40,984 nucleotides of DNA from Calditrichota bacterium. Its GTDB lineage: Bacteria; Calditrichota; Calditrichia; Calditrichales; Calditrichaceae. This document shows, in pieces, positions 17,027 to 27,289 of the stretch (position 1 is its first letter; the number at the start of each line of letters is the position of its first letter). A model generated the notes under the pieces. The model ran no database searches. It saw only the letters and a program-made list of their open reading frames with translations, and had not been told where the DNA came from. A program made the position numbers and the translations under genes. The stretch is from the NCBI GenBank assembly GCA_024278715.1, contig JAJRSN010000090.1, positions 1 to 40,984 on the forward strand, written 5' to 3'.

Positions 17027-18286
17027 ATGGAAGAGATTTTTTATTATCGGAACAACCGACTTCACTGCGACGGAATAGATCTTCAGGAATTCAGCCGCTC
17101 AAAAAAAACGCCTTTTTATCTTTATTCACAAAAACGGATCGAACAAAACTGCCAAACGGTTATTGAGGCTGGTAAGGATCTGGATTTTCTGCCGTGCTAC
17201 GCCTTAAAGGCAAATTATAATCCGGCTGTTTTAAAATTAATCCAAAACCTGGGCTTTGGAGCCGATGTGGTTTCCGGCGGAGAACTGTTCTTTGCTTTAA
17301 GAGCGGGATTTCCTCCTCAAAAAATCGTCTTTGCCGGCGTGGGAAAAACCGCATCCGAAATTGAGCTGGCAATAAGAACCGGTATTCACTCGTTGAATAT
17401 TGAGTCGGCGGAAGAATTTTATCTGACGCGAGAGATCGCCGGAAAATTAAAAATCGAAACTCCGGTAGCTTTTAGAATTAATCCCGATATCGGAGCCCCG
17501 ACCCATGATTACATCGCAACGGGCAAACACCTGAACAAATTCGGAATTCCTTTGAACGAAGCCTTGCGTTTGTATCAACAGGCTTTTGAGGATAAGTGGT
17601 TAAAACCCGTCGGCATTCACGTGCACATCGGATCTCAGATTACCGATCCCAAACCGTTTCTCGAAACCGCAGAATATTTGAAAGACATTATCGATCAATT
17701 ACGCAAAAAAGAATTCGAGATTTCCGCTTTGGACCTCGGAGGCGGAATAGGCATTGATTATTACAATGATTTCAAAAAGCAGCAAAGCGAATATCCGTTA
17801 AAAACGATTCTTCCGTCCTATTTGCGGGCTTTCAAAGATCTGGGAGTAAAATTGGTCGTCGAATTGGGAAGATCTATCGTCGGCGACGCCGGGTTGTTAA
17901 TCACGCGGGTATTGTACCGTAAACAGACTCCGGTTAAAAAGTTTTTAATTGTTGACGCAGCCATGAACAACTTACTGCGTCCGAGTTTGTACCACGCTTA
18001 TCACTCAATTGTCCCGTTAATCTTAAACGATAACGCCAAAGATCGTTTTGATGTTGTGGGACCGGTTTGTGAAAGCGGCGATTTTCTGGCGAACGACAGA
18101 GAACTACAGTTGACGGAAAGGGGCGACCTTTTGGCTGTCGGCGGCGCCGGAGCTTACGGACAGGTTCTGGCTTCCAACTACAATCTGCGTCCCTCAATTC
18201 CCGAATATCTTGTTTCCGGGAAAGAAGTCCGGACAATTTTTAAAGGACAAACCGCGGAAGAACTTGCTCAAAAATACGATTGGTGA
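17027..18286 (+). CDS. lysA: Diaminopimelate decarboxylase
   Basis: YALKAN (PLP Lys), DVVSGGE, HVHIGSQ, DLGGG, GPVCESGD, GAYG. Confidence 0.96.
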   Translation: MEEIFYYRNNRLHCDGIDLQEFSRSKKTPFYLYSQKRIEQNCQTVIEAGKDLDFLPCYALKANYNPAVLKLIQNLGFGADVVSGGELFFALRAGFPPQKIVFAGVGKTASEIELAIRTGIHSLNIESAEEFYLTREIAGKLKIETPVAFRINPDIGAPTHDYIATGKHLNKFGIPLNEALRLYQQAFEDKWLKPVGIHVHIGSQITDPKPFLETAEYLKDIIDQLRKKEFEISALDLGGGIGIDYYNDFKKQQSEYPLKTILPSYLRAFKDLGVKLVVELGRSIVGDAGLLITRVLYRKQTPVKKFLIVDAAMNNLLRPSLYHAYHSIVPLILNDNAKDRFDVVGPVCESGDFLANDRELQLTERGDLLAVGGAGAYGQVLASNYNLRPSIPEYLVSGKEVRTIFKGQTAEELAQKYDW

Positions 18287-18290
18287 ACCC

Positions 18291-19397
18291 ATGGGACCTA
18301 CAAGAGCATATATTTCTCATTCAAATTTAATTCATAATTTAAAACTCATTCAAAGCGCCGTGGCTCCCGCGCGGGTTATGGGAGTTGTAAAAGCCGACGC
18401 TTACGGTCACGGAAGCGCGCAGGTTGCCCGAACGTTAATAAAGAACGGCGTAAATTATTTAGGCGTCGCTTTTCATGAAGAGGGAATTGAATTGCGAAAA
18501 GCGGGAATCGAAGCTCCGATTCTGGTGTTCGGCGCGCATCTGAGTAACTTTTTTCCCGAATATCTGAACTACAATCTGGATATTACGCTCACTGATAGTT
18601 CGCAGCTTGAACCGCTTCGATCTTTATGTATTTCCGAAAAGAAAAAAGCGCGCGTTCAAATCAAAATCGATACCGGAATGGGGCGGATCGGTTTTTTCCC
18701 GGATAAAGATTTGCAATTAATCCTCAAAATTTTGGACGAGCCCAGTTGGCAGGTTGTCGGCGTCTATTCTCACCTTTCAAGCGCCGACGAAGAAGACCGC
18801 GAATTTACACAAAATCAAATTGAGGCTTTTCGCAATTTTCAGGAAAAAATTAAAAGCAAATATCCAAATCTGATTTTTCATTTGGCAAATTCAGCAGCCA
18901 TCATGCGCTTTCCGCAGGCTTACTTTGATATGGTGCGTCCGGGCGTTATGCTTTACGGAAACCCGCCGTCTCCCGATTTTAAACATGACTGGATGTTGAA
19001 AGAAGTAATGGCGTTTAAATCAAAAGTAACGCTGATTAAAAAAATGCCTGCGGGAAGACCCGTAAGTTACAACCGCCGCTACCACACCCCGCGCCAAACG
19101 CACATAGCCGTGATCCCGGCGGGTTATGCGGACGGTTATAACCGCCGATTTACAAACAAGGGCACGGTTTTAATCCGCGGTAAACGGTATCCGGTAGTGG
19201 GCACGGTTTGCATGGATCAATTTATGGTGGATCTTGGACCGGCTACTAACGTAAAAATCGGCGACGAAGTGGTGATTTTCGGCAGACAGGGCAAAGAGCA
19301 CATCAAAATCATTGAAATCGCCAAAACCCTGCAAACGATTCCTTATGAGGTTACCTGCTGGATTTCGCGCCGGGTTCCGAGAATTCATTACCGATGA
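18291..19397 (+). CDS. alr: Alanine racemase
   Basis: VVKADAYGHG, KIDTGMGRIG, NSAA, VRPG, GYADG, VCMDQ, TIPYE. ATG at 18291 is preferred over the track start at 18210. Confidence 0.96.
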   Translation: MGPTRAYISHSNLIHNLKLIQSAVAPARVMGVVKADAYGHGSAQVARTLIKNGVNYLGVAFHEEGIELRKAGIEAPILVFGAHLSNFFPEYLNYNLDITLTDSSQLEPLRSLCISEKKKARVQIKIDTGMGRIGFFPDKDLQLILKILDEPSWQVVGVYSHLSSADEEDREFTQNQIEAFRNFQEKIKSKYPNLIFHLANSAAIMRFPQAYFDMVRPGVMLYGNPPSPDFKHDWMLKEVMAFKSKVTLIKKMPAGRPVSYNRRYHTPRQTHIAVIPAGYADGYNRRFTNKGTVLIRGKRYPVVGTVCMDQFMVDLGPATNVKIGDEVVIFGRQGKEHIKIIEIAKTLQTIPYEVTCWISRRVPRIHYR

Positions 19398-19595
19398 TTT
19401 AAATTCTTTGAAAAACAAATTATCCGCAGACCCATCGCTCAAAATTTTCTTCATAAATTTTTGCCTTGAATTTCAGCAACTAACTGGTTAAAATGGTTGC
19501 CTGTTGACAGAACTTTTTAATAATTGAATTTATTAGCTTTTATTAAAGCGAGTTTTTATATTGAGACGTCAAGTTAAAAAAATTATGGAGTAGCC

Positions 19596-20432
19596 ATGAA
19601 AAAGCTGCATTATGTTTTAATAGTGCTTTTTGTTCTCTCCGCTTTTAGTTTTGCTCAGGTCTTAAAAGTAACCGTAACCCTTGATCCGTCAAATTTACCC
19701 GATGATGAGCTAAACATTCTTTCAAATTTTGCAGATAAAGTTGAACAGTACTATAACGGATACGAGTGGATCGACGACGAATATGAATACGATGTAAATT
19801 GCAGAATCCGCATCATAATTCAGACCGTACAAAAAAAGAGCCATGAAAAAATTTATCTGGCTCAGTTTTTAATCACTAGCGAATCAGGCGAATATTTTTA
19901 CGACAAAACATGGGAATTCCCTTATGATCAGGGCACTCCTCTCAGTCATTTTAAAAGCCAGTTCGATCCGCTGACGCATTTTCTTGATTTTTATGCTTAC
20001 ATGATTTTAGCCGGAGAGTTGGACACAAACGATTATCTGAAAGGAAATCCTTTGTACGAAAAGGCAAGGGATATTGCAAATCAGGGGCAGATTTCCAACT
20101 ATCCCAAGGGTTGGACTTCACGAATGAATTTGGTTTTTATGATTACGGACTCGAGAACCAGACCCTTGCGCGAAGTAAAACCCGACTTTTTTGAGGCTTT
20201 ATATCTTTTGGACGAAGGCAAACGCATGGAAGCTTATAAATACGCTAAAAAAGTCCTCGACGGAATGATGAAGGTTTATAAAGTCCAGCCGAACAATCTG
20301 TATTTGCAATTCTTTTTCAATTCGCATAGTAAGGAATTAGCGGACTTATTCAGAGGTTTCAAACCGGATCTGGAAAAACTGGTCCGATTAGACAGTAAAC
20401 ATCGTGAAGTATATCGTGCGGCTATGGAATAA
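19596..20432 (+). CDS. DUF4835 family (PorD-like) periplasmic protein
   Basis: Signal peptide ending SFA-Q; LKVTVTL start; PLTHFLDFYAYMILAGELDT...G.PLYEKA...GW pattern resembles DUF4835. Confidence 0.65.
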   Translation: MKKLHYVLIVLFVLSAFSFAQVLKVTVTLDPSNLPDDELNILSNFADKVEQYYNGYEWIDDEYEYDVNCRIRIIIQTVQKKSHEKIYLAQFLITSESGEYFYDKTWEFPYDQGTPLSHFKSQFDPLTHFLDFYAYMILAGELDTNDYLKGNPLYEKARDIANQGQISNYPKGWTSRMNLVFMITDSRTRPLREVKPDFFEALYLLDEGKRMEAYKYAKKVLDGMMKVYKVQPNNLYLQFFFNSHSKELADLFRGFKPDLEKLVRLDSKHREVYRAAME

Positions 20433-20458
20433 AAGGAGCGGTTTACCGCTCCCTTTTT
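20431..20458. terminator. Bidirectional intrinsic terminator
   Basis: AAAA-GGAGCGG-ttta-CCGCTCC-CTTTTT. Confidence 0.8.
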
Positions 20459-21677
20459 AATTTGCCGAAGTTTTGATTTTAACAAATTTTCTTTTGCCAA
20501 CCTTCAGTATCTGACCATCTTTTAAATCTGCCAGATAAAACGGATCGGTAATTTTCTCTCCGTCCAGACTCACACCGCCGCCGGAGATTAAACGCCTTGC
20601 TTCGCTTTTGGAGACCGCTGTTTTTGTGGCGATAAGAAGATTATCGATGCGCATTTGAACCGTTTTTAACAGAACTTCCGGCATTTCATCGGGAATATCT
20701 TTTTTCACAAATACTTTCCGGAATTCCTGCGCCGCATGGTCAGCCGCCTCTTCTCCGTGATACATCCGCACAAGGGTATGTGCCAACTGCATCTTAAGAT
20801 CACGCGGATTTACTTTGGGATCGGCAAGTTGTTCTTTAATACGTTTTAATTGCGTGCTATCCACATCGGTAACCAGCTCAAAATAGCGGTAAATCAACTC
20901 ATCGGGAATGGACATTGTTTTGCCGTACATTTCTCTCGGATCTTCGTCAATCCCGATGTAGTTTCCGATGGATTTGCTCATGCGCTGTTTGCCGTCCAGA
21001 CCTTCAAGAACCGGCAAGGTTAAAATTACCTGCGGCTCCTGCCCGTATTCCCGCTGAATATCCCGCCCGATTGTAAGATTAAATTTTTGTTCAGTGGCGC
21101 CTATTTCCACATCCGCCTTTATCATAACCGAATCGTATCCCTGCATCAACGGGTAAAAAAACTCGTGAATGCTGATCGGCTGCTGGCTGCCGTAACGTTT
21201 CGCAAAATCATCGCGTTCCAGCATTCTTGCCACGGTGAATTTGGAAGCCAACTCCATGATTTCGGCAAACGACATCTTGCCGAACCACTCCCCGTTAAAG
21301 CGAATAACGGTTTTTTTAGCATCGAGAATTTTAAAAAACTGTTCCTGATACGTTTTGGCGTTTTTCAAAACCTGTTCATGGGTCAATCTGGGTCTGGTGG
21401 AATTTCTCTCGCTGGGATCGCCGACCATGGCTGTGTAATCGCCAATGATAACCACAACCTGATGTCCCAAATCCTGAAAGTGTTTTAATTTCCGAATTCC
21501 CACCGTATGCCCGAGATGAATATCCGGCGCCGTGGGGTCAAATCCCTGCTTAATGACTAACGGCTTACCTTTTTTAATCGATCTTTCTAATTTTTTAACC
21601 AGTTCTTCTTCCGGCAATAATTCAACAACACCTCTCTTTATCAAATCCATTTGCTCATTAATCGGCGGAAAAACCAT
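20457..21677 (-). CDS. tyrS: Tyrosine--tRNA ligase
   Basis: [27 protein letters not shown]-terminal S4 domain. Confidence 0.97.
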   Translation of the reverse strand: MVFPPINEQMDLIKRGVVELLPEEELVKKLERSIKKGKPLVIKQGFDPTAPDIHLGHTVGIRKLKHFQDLGHQVVVIIGDYTAMVGDPSERNSTRPRLTHEQVLKNAKTYQEQFFKILDAKKTVIRFNGEWFGKMSFAEIMELASKFTVARMLERDDFAKRYGSQQPISIHEFFYPLMQGYDSVMIKADVEIGATEQKFNLTIGRDIQREYGQEPQVILTLPVLEGLDGKQRMSKSIGNYIGIDEDPREMYGKTMSIPDELIYRYFELVTDVDSTQLKRIKEQLADPKVNPRDLKMQLAHTLVRMYHGEEAADHAAQEFRKVFVKKDIPDEMPEVLLKTVQMRIDNLLIATKTAVSKSEARRLISGGGVSLDGEKITDPFYLADLKDGQILKVGKRKFVKIKTSAN

Positions 21678-21700
21678 TGTTGACTCCTTCTTAATCTTCG

Positions 21701-22162
21701 TTAAAAATTCCTTTTAAGCATACGTTCAAGTTCGCGTTTTTGATCGCGTTCGGCGATGGAAGCGCGCTTATCGTATTGTTTTTTACCGCGGGCTATCCCC
21801 AATTCGATTTTTACAAGATGTTTTTTAAAATAGACTTTTAAAGGAATTAAAGTAACCCCTTTTTCTTCAACGTATCTTTGCAGCCTTTTTAGCTCCCGTT
21901 TGTGCAACAGCAATTTGCGGGTTCTTAAAGGATCCTGCATTTCAAACGTGGCTTGGCTGTAAGGCGAAATGTGCATCCCGATAAGCCATAATTCGCCGTT
22001 TTTAAAGCGGGCATAGGCGTCTTTCAAATTTACCTTGCCTTCGCGGACGGATTTTACTTCGCTTCCTCTCAGAACAATTCCCGCTTCCACCGAATCGATG
22101 ATGTGATAGTCATGTCTGGCTTTACGATTATTCGCTACCACACGAACATTATTTTCACTCAT
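21701..22162 (-). CDS. smpB: SsrA-binding protein
   Basis: [36 protein letters not shown]. Confidence 0.98.
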   Translation of the reverse strand: MSENNVRVVANNRKARHDYHIIDSVEAGIVLRGSEVKSVREGKVNLKDAYARFKNGELWLIGMHISPYSQATFEMQDPLRTRKLLLHKRELKRLQRYVEEKGVTLIPLKVYFKKHLVKIELGIARGKKQYDKRASIAERDQKRELERMLKRNF

Positions 22163-22278
22163 AAATTGTTTACCAATCTATTTAAATCTGTAATCTTCAT
22201 AAATTCCGTAAAAGATCAATTATAACTATAAAATAGCTTTGGAGCAAGATCAAAAACGGCGGGTATTAATGCGGTTAA

Positions 22279-23607
22279 TCATAGCAAATAGTATTTTGAT
22301 TTCGGAGCAAACACACATTCAATCCAAATAGCTTTCCACTTATCGTCCCCGTTTTCCACAATTTGCATATTCAAAATATCGCCGGGTAAAACAGATTCAA
22401 TCTCGAGCATGGAAAGATCAACCAATGAATATTGATCCTTTAAATGAATATCTTCGATTACAAATAAATCTTCCACCCGATCGATAATCTCAAAAAAGCC
22501 GTCGATTATCGAAGGATCGTTTTTTTCCTCGGAAAGCTGATAGTCAACGTAGGAATTATTTTTATGATAGGCTTGACCCAAATAGAAAGTTCGTTTTAAG
22601 TCGCTTAAAAGCGTGGTTTTAAAATCATCCCAGTACAAAGAGAGATTCGCCTCGTACTGGTAATCCAAAAATTTGAGAAAGTTGGAAAACGATTCGACTT
22701 CCCGCTCAAAATTTATTTGTTGTTCCGAACACATTTCCGTGGGCAGCACAATCATCAGGAATTCTTCCAGATCATCATAAGAAAGCTCTTTTACATCAAT
22801 GGAGCCGATGAATCCGTTCACAAATTTTCCGAAGAGTTCCAGAATATCGTTTCGGGCTGTTACCGAACTTTTTCTTAGCTGCTTAAATTCTTCGATCGCT
22901 AAAAACAAATCCGTATTAGGAAGTTTCCATAATTCGTCCGGTTCGTTGTGATCCTGTTCTTCAAAAGACCAAAAGTCGTACTCATTCCAGGTGGTCTCTT
23001 CAGAATTTATTAAATTCTCGAAATACGAGCTGGCATTTTCCTGAGGATTTACCAACAGATGATTTCCGTGCCGTCTGACCAGATCTATCATCGTTTCATT
23101 TACAAATTGAATAAGTTGTTGTAAAATGGGATGATCGTCTTCGGCGGAGATATTGAGATCGTACCTGTAAAAATCGAGAATGGCGTCAATAATCACGTAA
23201 TTAAGTAAATCGTACTTCAGACAGTGCTCTTTAATGGAACAGGAATGTACGGTGAATTCCATGTTTTCCGGTACTTTTCCGGCTTTCAAGAAATCTTCGG
23301 AAGTTATTTTTTGATCCAACTGGATCGGGCAGTTCATGCTGCAGATGCCAAAACAATTTTTGTCAAAAAACAACTGAAGATTATCGCCCAGATGGAAAGC
23401 AAGGTTTGTAATTTCATCGTTATCCAACAGAAACTGTTCGTCAATATTGCGCTGAGACGGAAAAAAAATAGTTTCAAGATACTCCGCCAGCGTATTCATC
23501 GTTAAATAGATGAAATAATCCAGGTTTGTTAACTCGTAAACTTCTTTCTCCCATGCTTTTACGAACTCAGAAGCCGAGATGTATATTTTATGAAACTGTT
23601 CCGCCAA
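22279..23607 (-). CDS. Acidic hypothetical protein with Cys cluster
   Basis: 442-codon ORF, TTG start with AAGGAGG SD; CxxxCxxxC...Cx5C; no confident family. Confidence 0.75.
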   Translation of the reverse strand: MAEQFHKIYISASEFVKAWEKEVYELTNLDYFIYLTMNTLAEYLETIFFPSQRNIDEQFLLDNDEITNLAFHLGDNLQLFFDKNCFGICSMNCPIQLDQKITSEDFLKAGKVPENMEFTVHSCSIKEHCLKYDLLNYVIIDAILDFYRYDLNISAEDDHPILQQLIQFVNETMIDLVRRHGNHLLVNPQENASSYFENLINSEETTWNEYDFWSFEEQDHNEPDELWKLPNTDLFLAIEEFKQLRKSSVTARNDILELFGKFVNGFIGSIDVKELSYDDLEEFLMIVLPTEMCSEQQINFEREVESFSNFLKFLDYQYEANLSLYWDDFKTTLLSDLKRTFYLGQAYHKNNSYVDYQLSEEKNDPSIIDGFFEIIDRVEDLFVIEDIHLKDQYSLVDLSMLEIESVLPGDILNMQIVENGDDKWKAIWIECVFAPKSKYYLL

Positions 23608-23916
23608 TTTTTTCCTCCTTCAATTGGCAAATATATAGCAGCGCCTGTTGATTATCAAACAAAATTTTTCCGCAAAGCGCTCTTCCTATTAAGAAAGCGC
23701 TCATTTTTAAAACCCGGACGCTTTATCCGGGGCGTCGATTTTTTCTGTCAGCGAATTTTTATCCGGCGGAGAATAATTATTTCTCTCTTATAGTCAACTA
23801 ATCAACCCCATAATCGTTTCAAATTTTTATTTAAGCGTTTCTCTGTTTAGAATATTTTTTTTTTATCTATTTCTGTTTAAATTACTCGTGTTAATAACAA
23901 AGAAAGGAGGAGAATC

Positions 23917-25314
23917 TTGACATTTAAACATCTGAACCCACCCGACTCCGGTGAACACATTTCTTTATCCGATGGTAAATTAAACGTGCCGGACAATCCG
24001 ATAATTCCCTTTATTGAAGGGGACGGAACAGGTCCGGACATTTGGCGCGCATCGCAGCATGTTTTTGACGAAGCCGTGAAAAAAGCTTACGGCGGCAAAC
24101 GAAAAATAGAATGGTTCGAAGTATTTGCCGGTGAAAAAGCATTTAAAAAGTTTAATAGCTGGCTTCCCGATGACACAATTGAAGCCTTTAAGGAATATTT
24201 GGTCGGTATTAAGGGACCTCTTACCACGCCTGTGGGCGGCGGAATTCGTTCGCTGAACGTTACCTTAAGACAAACCCTGGATCTCTACGTCTGTTTACGC
24301 CCTGTCCGATACTTTAAAGGCGTGCCCTCTCCGGTGCTCCGTCCCGAAAAGGTCGATATGGTTATTTTCAGGGAAAACACTGAAGATATTTACGCCGGTA
24401 TTGAATGGCCAGCCGAATCGGAAGAGGTAAAAAAAGTGATCCGATTTTTACAGGAAGAAATGGGCGTAAAGAATATCCGCTTTCCCAAGACCTCGGGAAT
24501 TGGGATTAAACCGGTCTCCAAAGAAGGATCAATGCGTCTGGCTCGGGCTGCTATCAAATATGCCTTAAGTCACAACCGTAAATCCGTGACGTTTGTCCAC
24601 AAGGGCAACATCATGAAATTCACCGAAGGCGCTTTTAAAAACTGGGGATACGAAGTCGCCAAAACCGAATTCAGAGATCATGTCGTCACTCAGCGGGAAA
24701 GTTGGATTTTAGGAAACAAAGACGCTGATCCCAATATTTCCGTCGAAGAAAACGCGCGAAGAATTGAACCCGGCTACGACTTATTAACCGACTCCAAAAA
24801 GCTGGAACTTCAGAAGGAAGTGGAAGAAGCCTTAAAATTGTACCCCACTCACGGCAACGGAAAGTACAAAGAAAAATTAATGATCAAAGACGCCATTGCC
24901 GACATCACGCTTCAACAGGTTTTAACCCGCGCCGATGAGTTTGACGTAATCGCCACCATGAATTTGAACGGCGATTATCTTTCCGACGCGCTCGCCGCGC
25001 AAGTCGGCGGAATCGGAATCGCCCCCGGAGCCAATATTAATTACGACACCGGACACGCTATCTTCGAAGCCACACACGGCACTGCTCCCAAATACGCCAA
25101 TCTGGACAAGGTTAATCCCGGATCGCTCATCCTCTCCGGCGTTTTAATGTTCGAACATTTAGGCTGGCAGGAAGTTGCCGATCTAATCGTTAAAGGAATG
25201 GAAAAAACCATTCTGCAAAAGCGTGTAACTTACGATTTCCATCGTCTTTTGGACGGCGCAACTCTGTTGAAAACTTCCGAATTCGCCAAAGCGATCGTCG
25301 AAAACATGGACTAA
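23917..25314 (+). CDS. icd: NADP-dependent isocitrate dehydrogenase (dimeric, long form)
   Basis: [64 protein letters not shown]; TTG start with AGGAGG SD. Confidence 0.97.
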   Translation: MTFKHLNPPDSGEHISLSDGKLNVPDNPIIPFIEGDGTGPDIWRASQHVFDEAVKKAYGGKRKIEWFEVFAGEKAFKKFNSWLPDDTIEAFKEYLVGIKGPLTTPVGGGIRSLNVTLRQTLDLYVCLRPVRYFKGVPSPVLRPEKVDMVIFRENTEDIYAGIEWPAESEEVKKVIRFLQEEMGVKNIRFPKTSGIGIKPVSKEGSMRLARAAIKYALSHNRKSVTFVHKGNIMKFTEGAFKNWGYEVAKTEFRDHVVTQRESWILGNKDADPNISVEENARRIEPGYDLLTDSKKLELQKEVEEALKLYPTHGNGKYKEKLMIKDAIADITLQQVLTRADEFDVIATMNLNGDYLSDALAAQVGGIGIAPGANINYDTGHAIFEATHGTAPKYANLDKVNPGSLILSGVLMFEHLGWQEVADLIVKGMEKTILQKRVTYDFHRLLDGATLLKTSEFAKAIVENMD

Positions 25315-25333
25315 ACCGAATAATCGGGTTTGT

Positions 25334-25364
25334 AAAAGCAGGTCGCAAAAGACCTGCTTTTTTT
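25334..25364 (+). terminator. Intrinsic terminator after icd
   Basis: AAAAGCAGGTC-gcaaaa-GACCTGCTTTTTTT. Confidence 0.88.
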
Positions 25365-25571
25365 AATTCGGTTAAACCGCACTTTCGCCTTTTGAGATAA
25401 CCGGCAATTAACTTTTATCCCGTATTAAGAACCGAAAATATTGTTTGGGAACAATTTTAATCTCCGGCGTTCAATTACTAACGAAAACCTAATGAAACTT
25501 CAATAATAATTTCGTAAATTGGAGCGCCGCTAATAGTATCAAATTGTCAAACTTTAAAAGGAGGGTTGGAT

Positions 25572-26159
25572 ATGTCAAGGAAAAAGATTTTAATGCTGGT
25601 AGGCGACTTTGTTGAAGATTACGAAACCATGGTTCCCTTCCAGATTCTCACCATGGTCGGACACCAGGTAGATGCCGTTTGTCCGGGTAAAAAAGCGGGA
25701 CAAACAGTCAAAACCGCAATCCACGATTTTGAAGGCGATCAAACCTATAGCGAAAAACCCGGACACAATTTTGCGCTTAACGCCGATTTTGACGAAGTAA
25801 ATCCCGAAGATTACGATGCTCTGGTTATTCCCGGCGGTCGCGCTCCGGAATATCTTCGTCTGAACGATCGTGTGTTGAAGATTGTGCGCCATTTTGCGGA
25901 AAACGACAAACCCATCGCCGCCGTTTGCCACGGAGCGCAACTACTTTCGGCTGCCGGCGTGTTAAAAGGGAAAAAGTGCTCTGCGTATCCCGCGGTTAAA
26001 ACAGAAGTCGAACTTGCCGGCGGAACGTGGATTCCGAACAACGATACCTTTTCCGACGCGCACACCGACGGAAAACTGGTTTCCGCTCCAGCCTGGCCCG
26101 CCCATCCGGAATGGATGAAGCAGTTTCTGGATGTGCTCGGTACTAAAATCGAACCTTAA
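25572..26159 (+). CDS. DJ-1/PfpI family protein (C56 peptidase/deglycase)
   Basis: [30 protein letters not shown]; ATG at 25572 after AAGGAGG. Confidence 0.94.
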   Translation: MSRKKILMLVGDFVEDYETMVPFQILTMVGHQVDAVCPGKKAGQTVKTAIHDFEGDQTYSEKPGHNFALNADFDEVNPEDYDALVIPGGRAPEYLRLNDRVLKIVRHFAENDKPIAAVCHGAQLLSAAGVLKGKKCSAYPAVKTEVELAGGTWIPNNDTFSDAHTDGKLVSAPAWPAHPEWMKQFLDVLGTKIEP

Positions 26160-26167
26160 TAGTCGTC

Positions 26168-26196
26168 AAAGCGCCCGCCCGCGGCGGGCGTTTTTT
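26168..26196 (+). terminator. Intrinsic terminator after PfpI
   Basis: GCGCCCGCC-cgc-GGCGGGCGT followed by T-tract. Confidence 0.8.
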
Positions 26197-26226
26197 ACAA
26201 CTCGAAAGTTTTTCAACGAAATAATT

Positions 26227-27225
26227 ATGGCGTTACATTGTAGAATTTTAGGACAACCCTTTGCAGACAATGCGCTGTTTTTAAAAGTGGATACCGGACA
26301 AAAACAATTCCGTCTGCTTTTTGATTGCGGCGAAAATACGATTGATAATTTATCTCTTTCCGAAATCCAAAAAATAGATCATCTCTTCTTTTCGCACTTC
26401 CATTTGGATCATGTCGCTGGCTTTGATCATTTTATTCGCGCCAACTACGACAGGGCAAACAAACCCGTTCATATATGGGGACCCGAAAATACCGCAAAAT
26501 TAATCTTTCACCGCCTCAACAGCTTTACCTGGAATCTGACGCAGGGCATCGAATCAAAATGGCTGATTCACGAAATAAGACCGCAAAAGATTCTCACATT
26601 TCAACTGTCGGCAAAAAACGGCTTCTCCCGCAAACGAAAAATCAGGGAATCGGCTTTTTCACAAACCGTCTTCTCCAATGAAGCGTTTAAAGTTTCCGTC
26701 CGTTTTTTAGAGCACAAAATACCGGTTTTGGGCTTTAAGACGGAAGAAGCCCCAAAACTAAAGATAAACGAATTCCTCTTAAATGCGGACAATTTAAAAC
26801 AGGGCGAGTGGCTTGGCTTACTTAAAGACCCGTCATTAAAAGATTCCGATGAAATTGAAGTTCTGGGAATTAAAAGAAATCTGGGAGAATTAAGACAAAA
26901 GCTGCTGTTCAGGCAACCGGGCAAAAGCGCGGCTTACCTGACGGATTTCTATTTAACCCAAGACGCCGCGAGTTTAACCGAATGGTTGCATGGCTGTGAT
27001 TGCTTGTTTTGCGAAAGTCAATATTTAGAGCAGGAGCGGATTTTGGCTGAAAAAAACTGTCACTTAACCGCCAAATCCGCAGCAGGGTTAGCTAAAAAAT
27101 CGGGCGTTAAAAAGTTGATCTTATTCCATTTTTCCAAACGATATGTTTCCGCGGGCGCGCTGCCCTTTTTAAACGAAGCGAAAAGTGTTTTTGAACAAAG
27201 CTTTTTGCCCGAAGGATGGCTTTAA
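26227..27225 (+). CDS. Ribonuclease Z-like MBL-fold metallo-hydrolase
   Basis: LLFDCGE, SHFHLDH, LEHK, YLTD, CES, HLT, LFHFSKRY. ATG at 26227 is preferred because the track start overlaps PfpI and its terminator. Confidence 0.85.
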   Translation: MALHCRILGQPFADNALFLKVDTGQKQFRLLFDCGENTIDNLSLSEIQKIDHLFFSHFHLDHVAGFDHFIRANYDRANKPVHIWGPENTAKLIFHRLNSFTWNLTQGIESKWLIHEIRPQKILTFQLSAKNGFSRKRKIRESAFSQTVFSNEAFKVSVRFLEHKIPVLGFKTEEAPKLKINEFLLNADNLKQGEWLGLLKDPSLKDSDEIEVLGIKRNLGELRQKLLFRQPGKSAAYLTDFYLTQDAASLTEWLHGCDCLFCESQYLEQERILAEKNCHLTAKSAAGLAKKSGVKKLILFHFSKRYVSAGALPFLNEAKSVFEQSFLPEGWL

Positions 27226-27289
27226 AACCTCGAATGCGGAACGGAATCATTTATTCCAATAGCTTATTCCTTCAACGGTTTTTCCGAAT

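Noticed and set aside
22163-22278. tmRNA next to smpB, or a T-box for tyrS
   Set aside because: Too short, with no GGGG...CCA tRNA-like ends or T-box motif.
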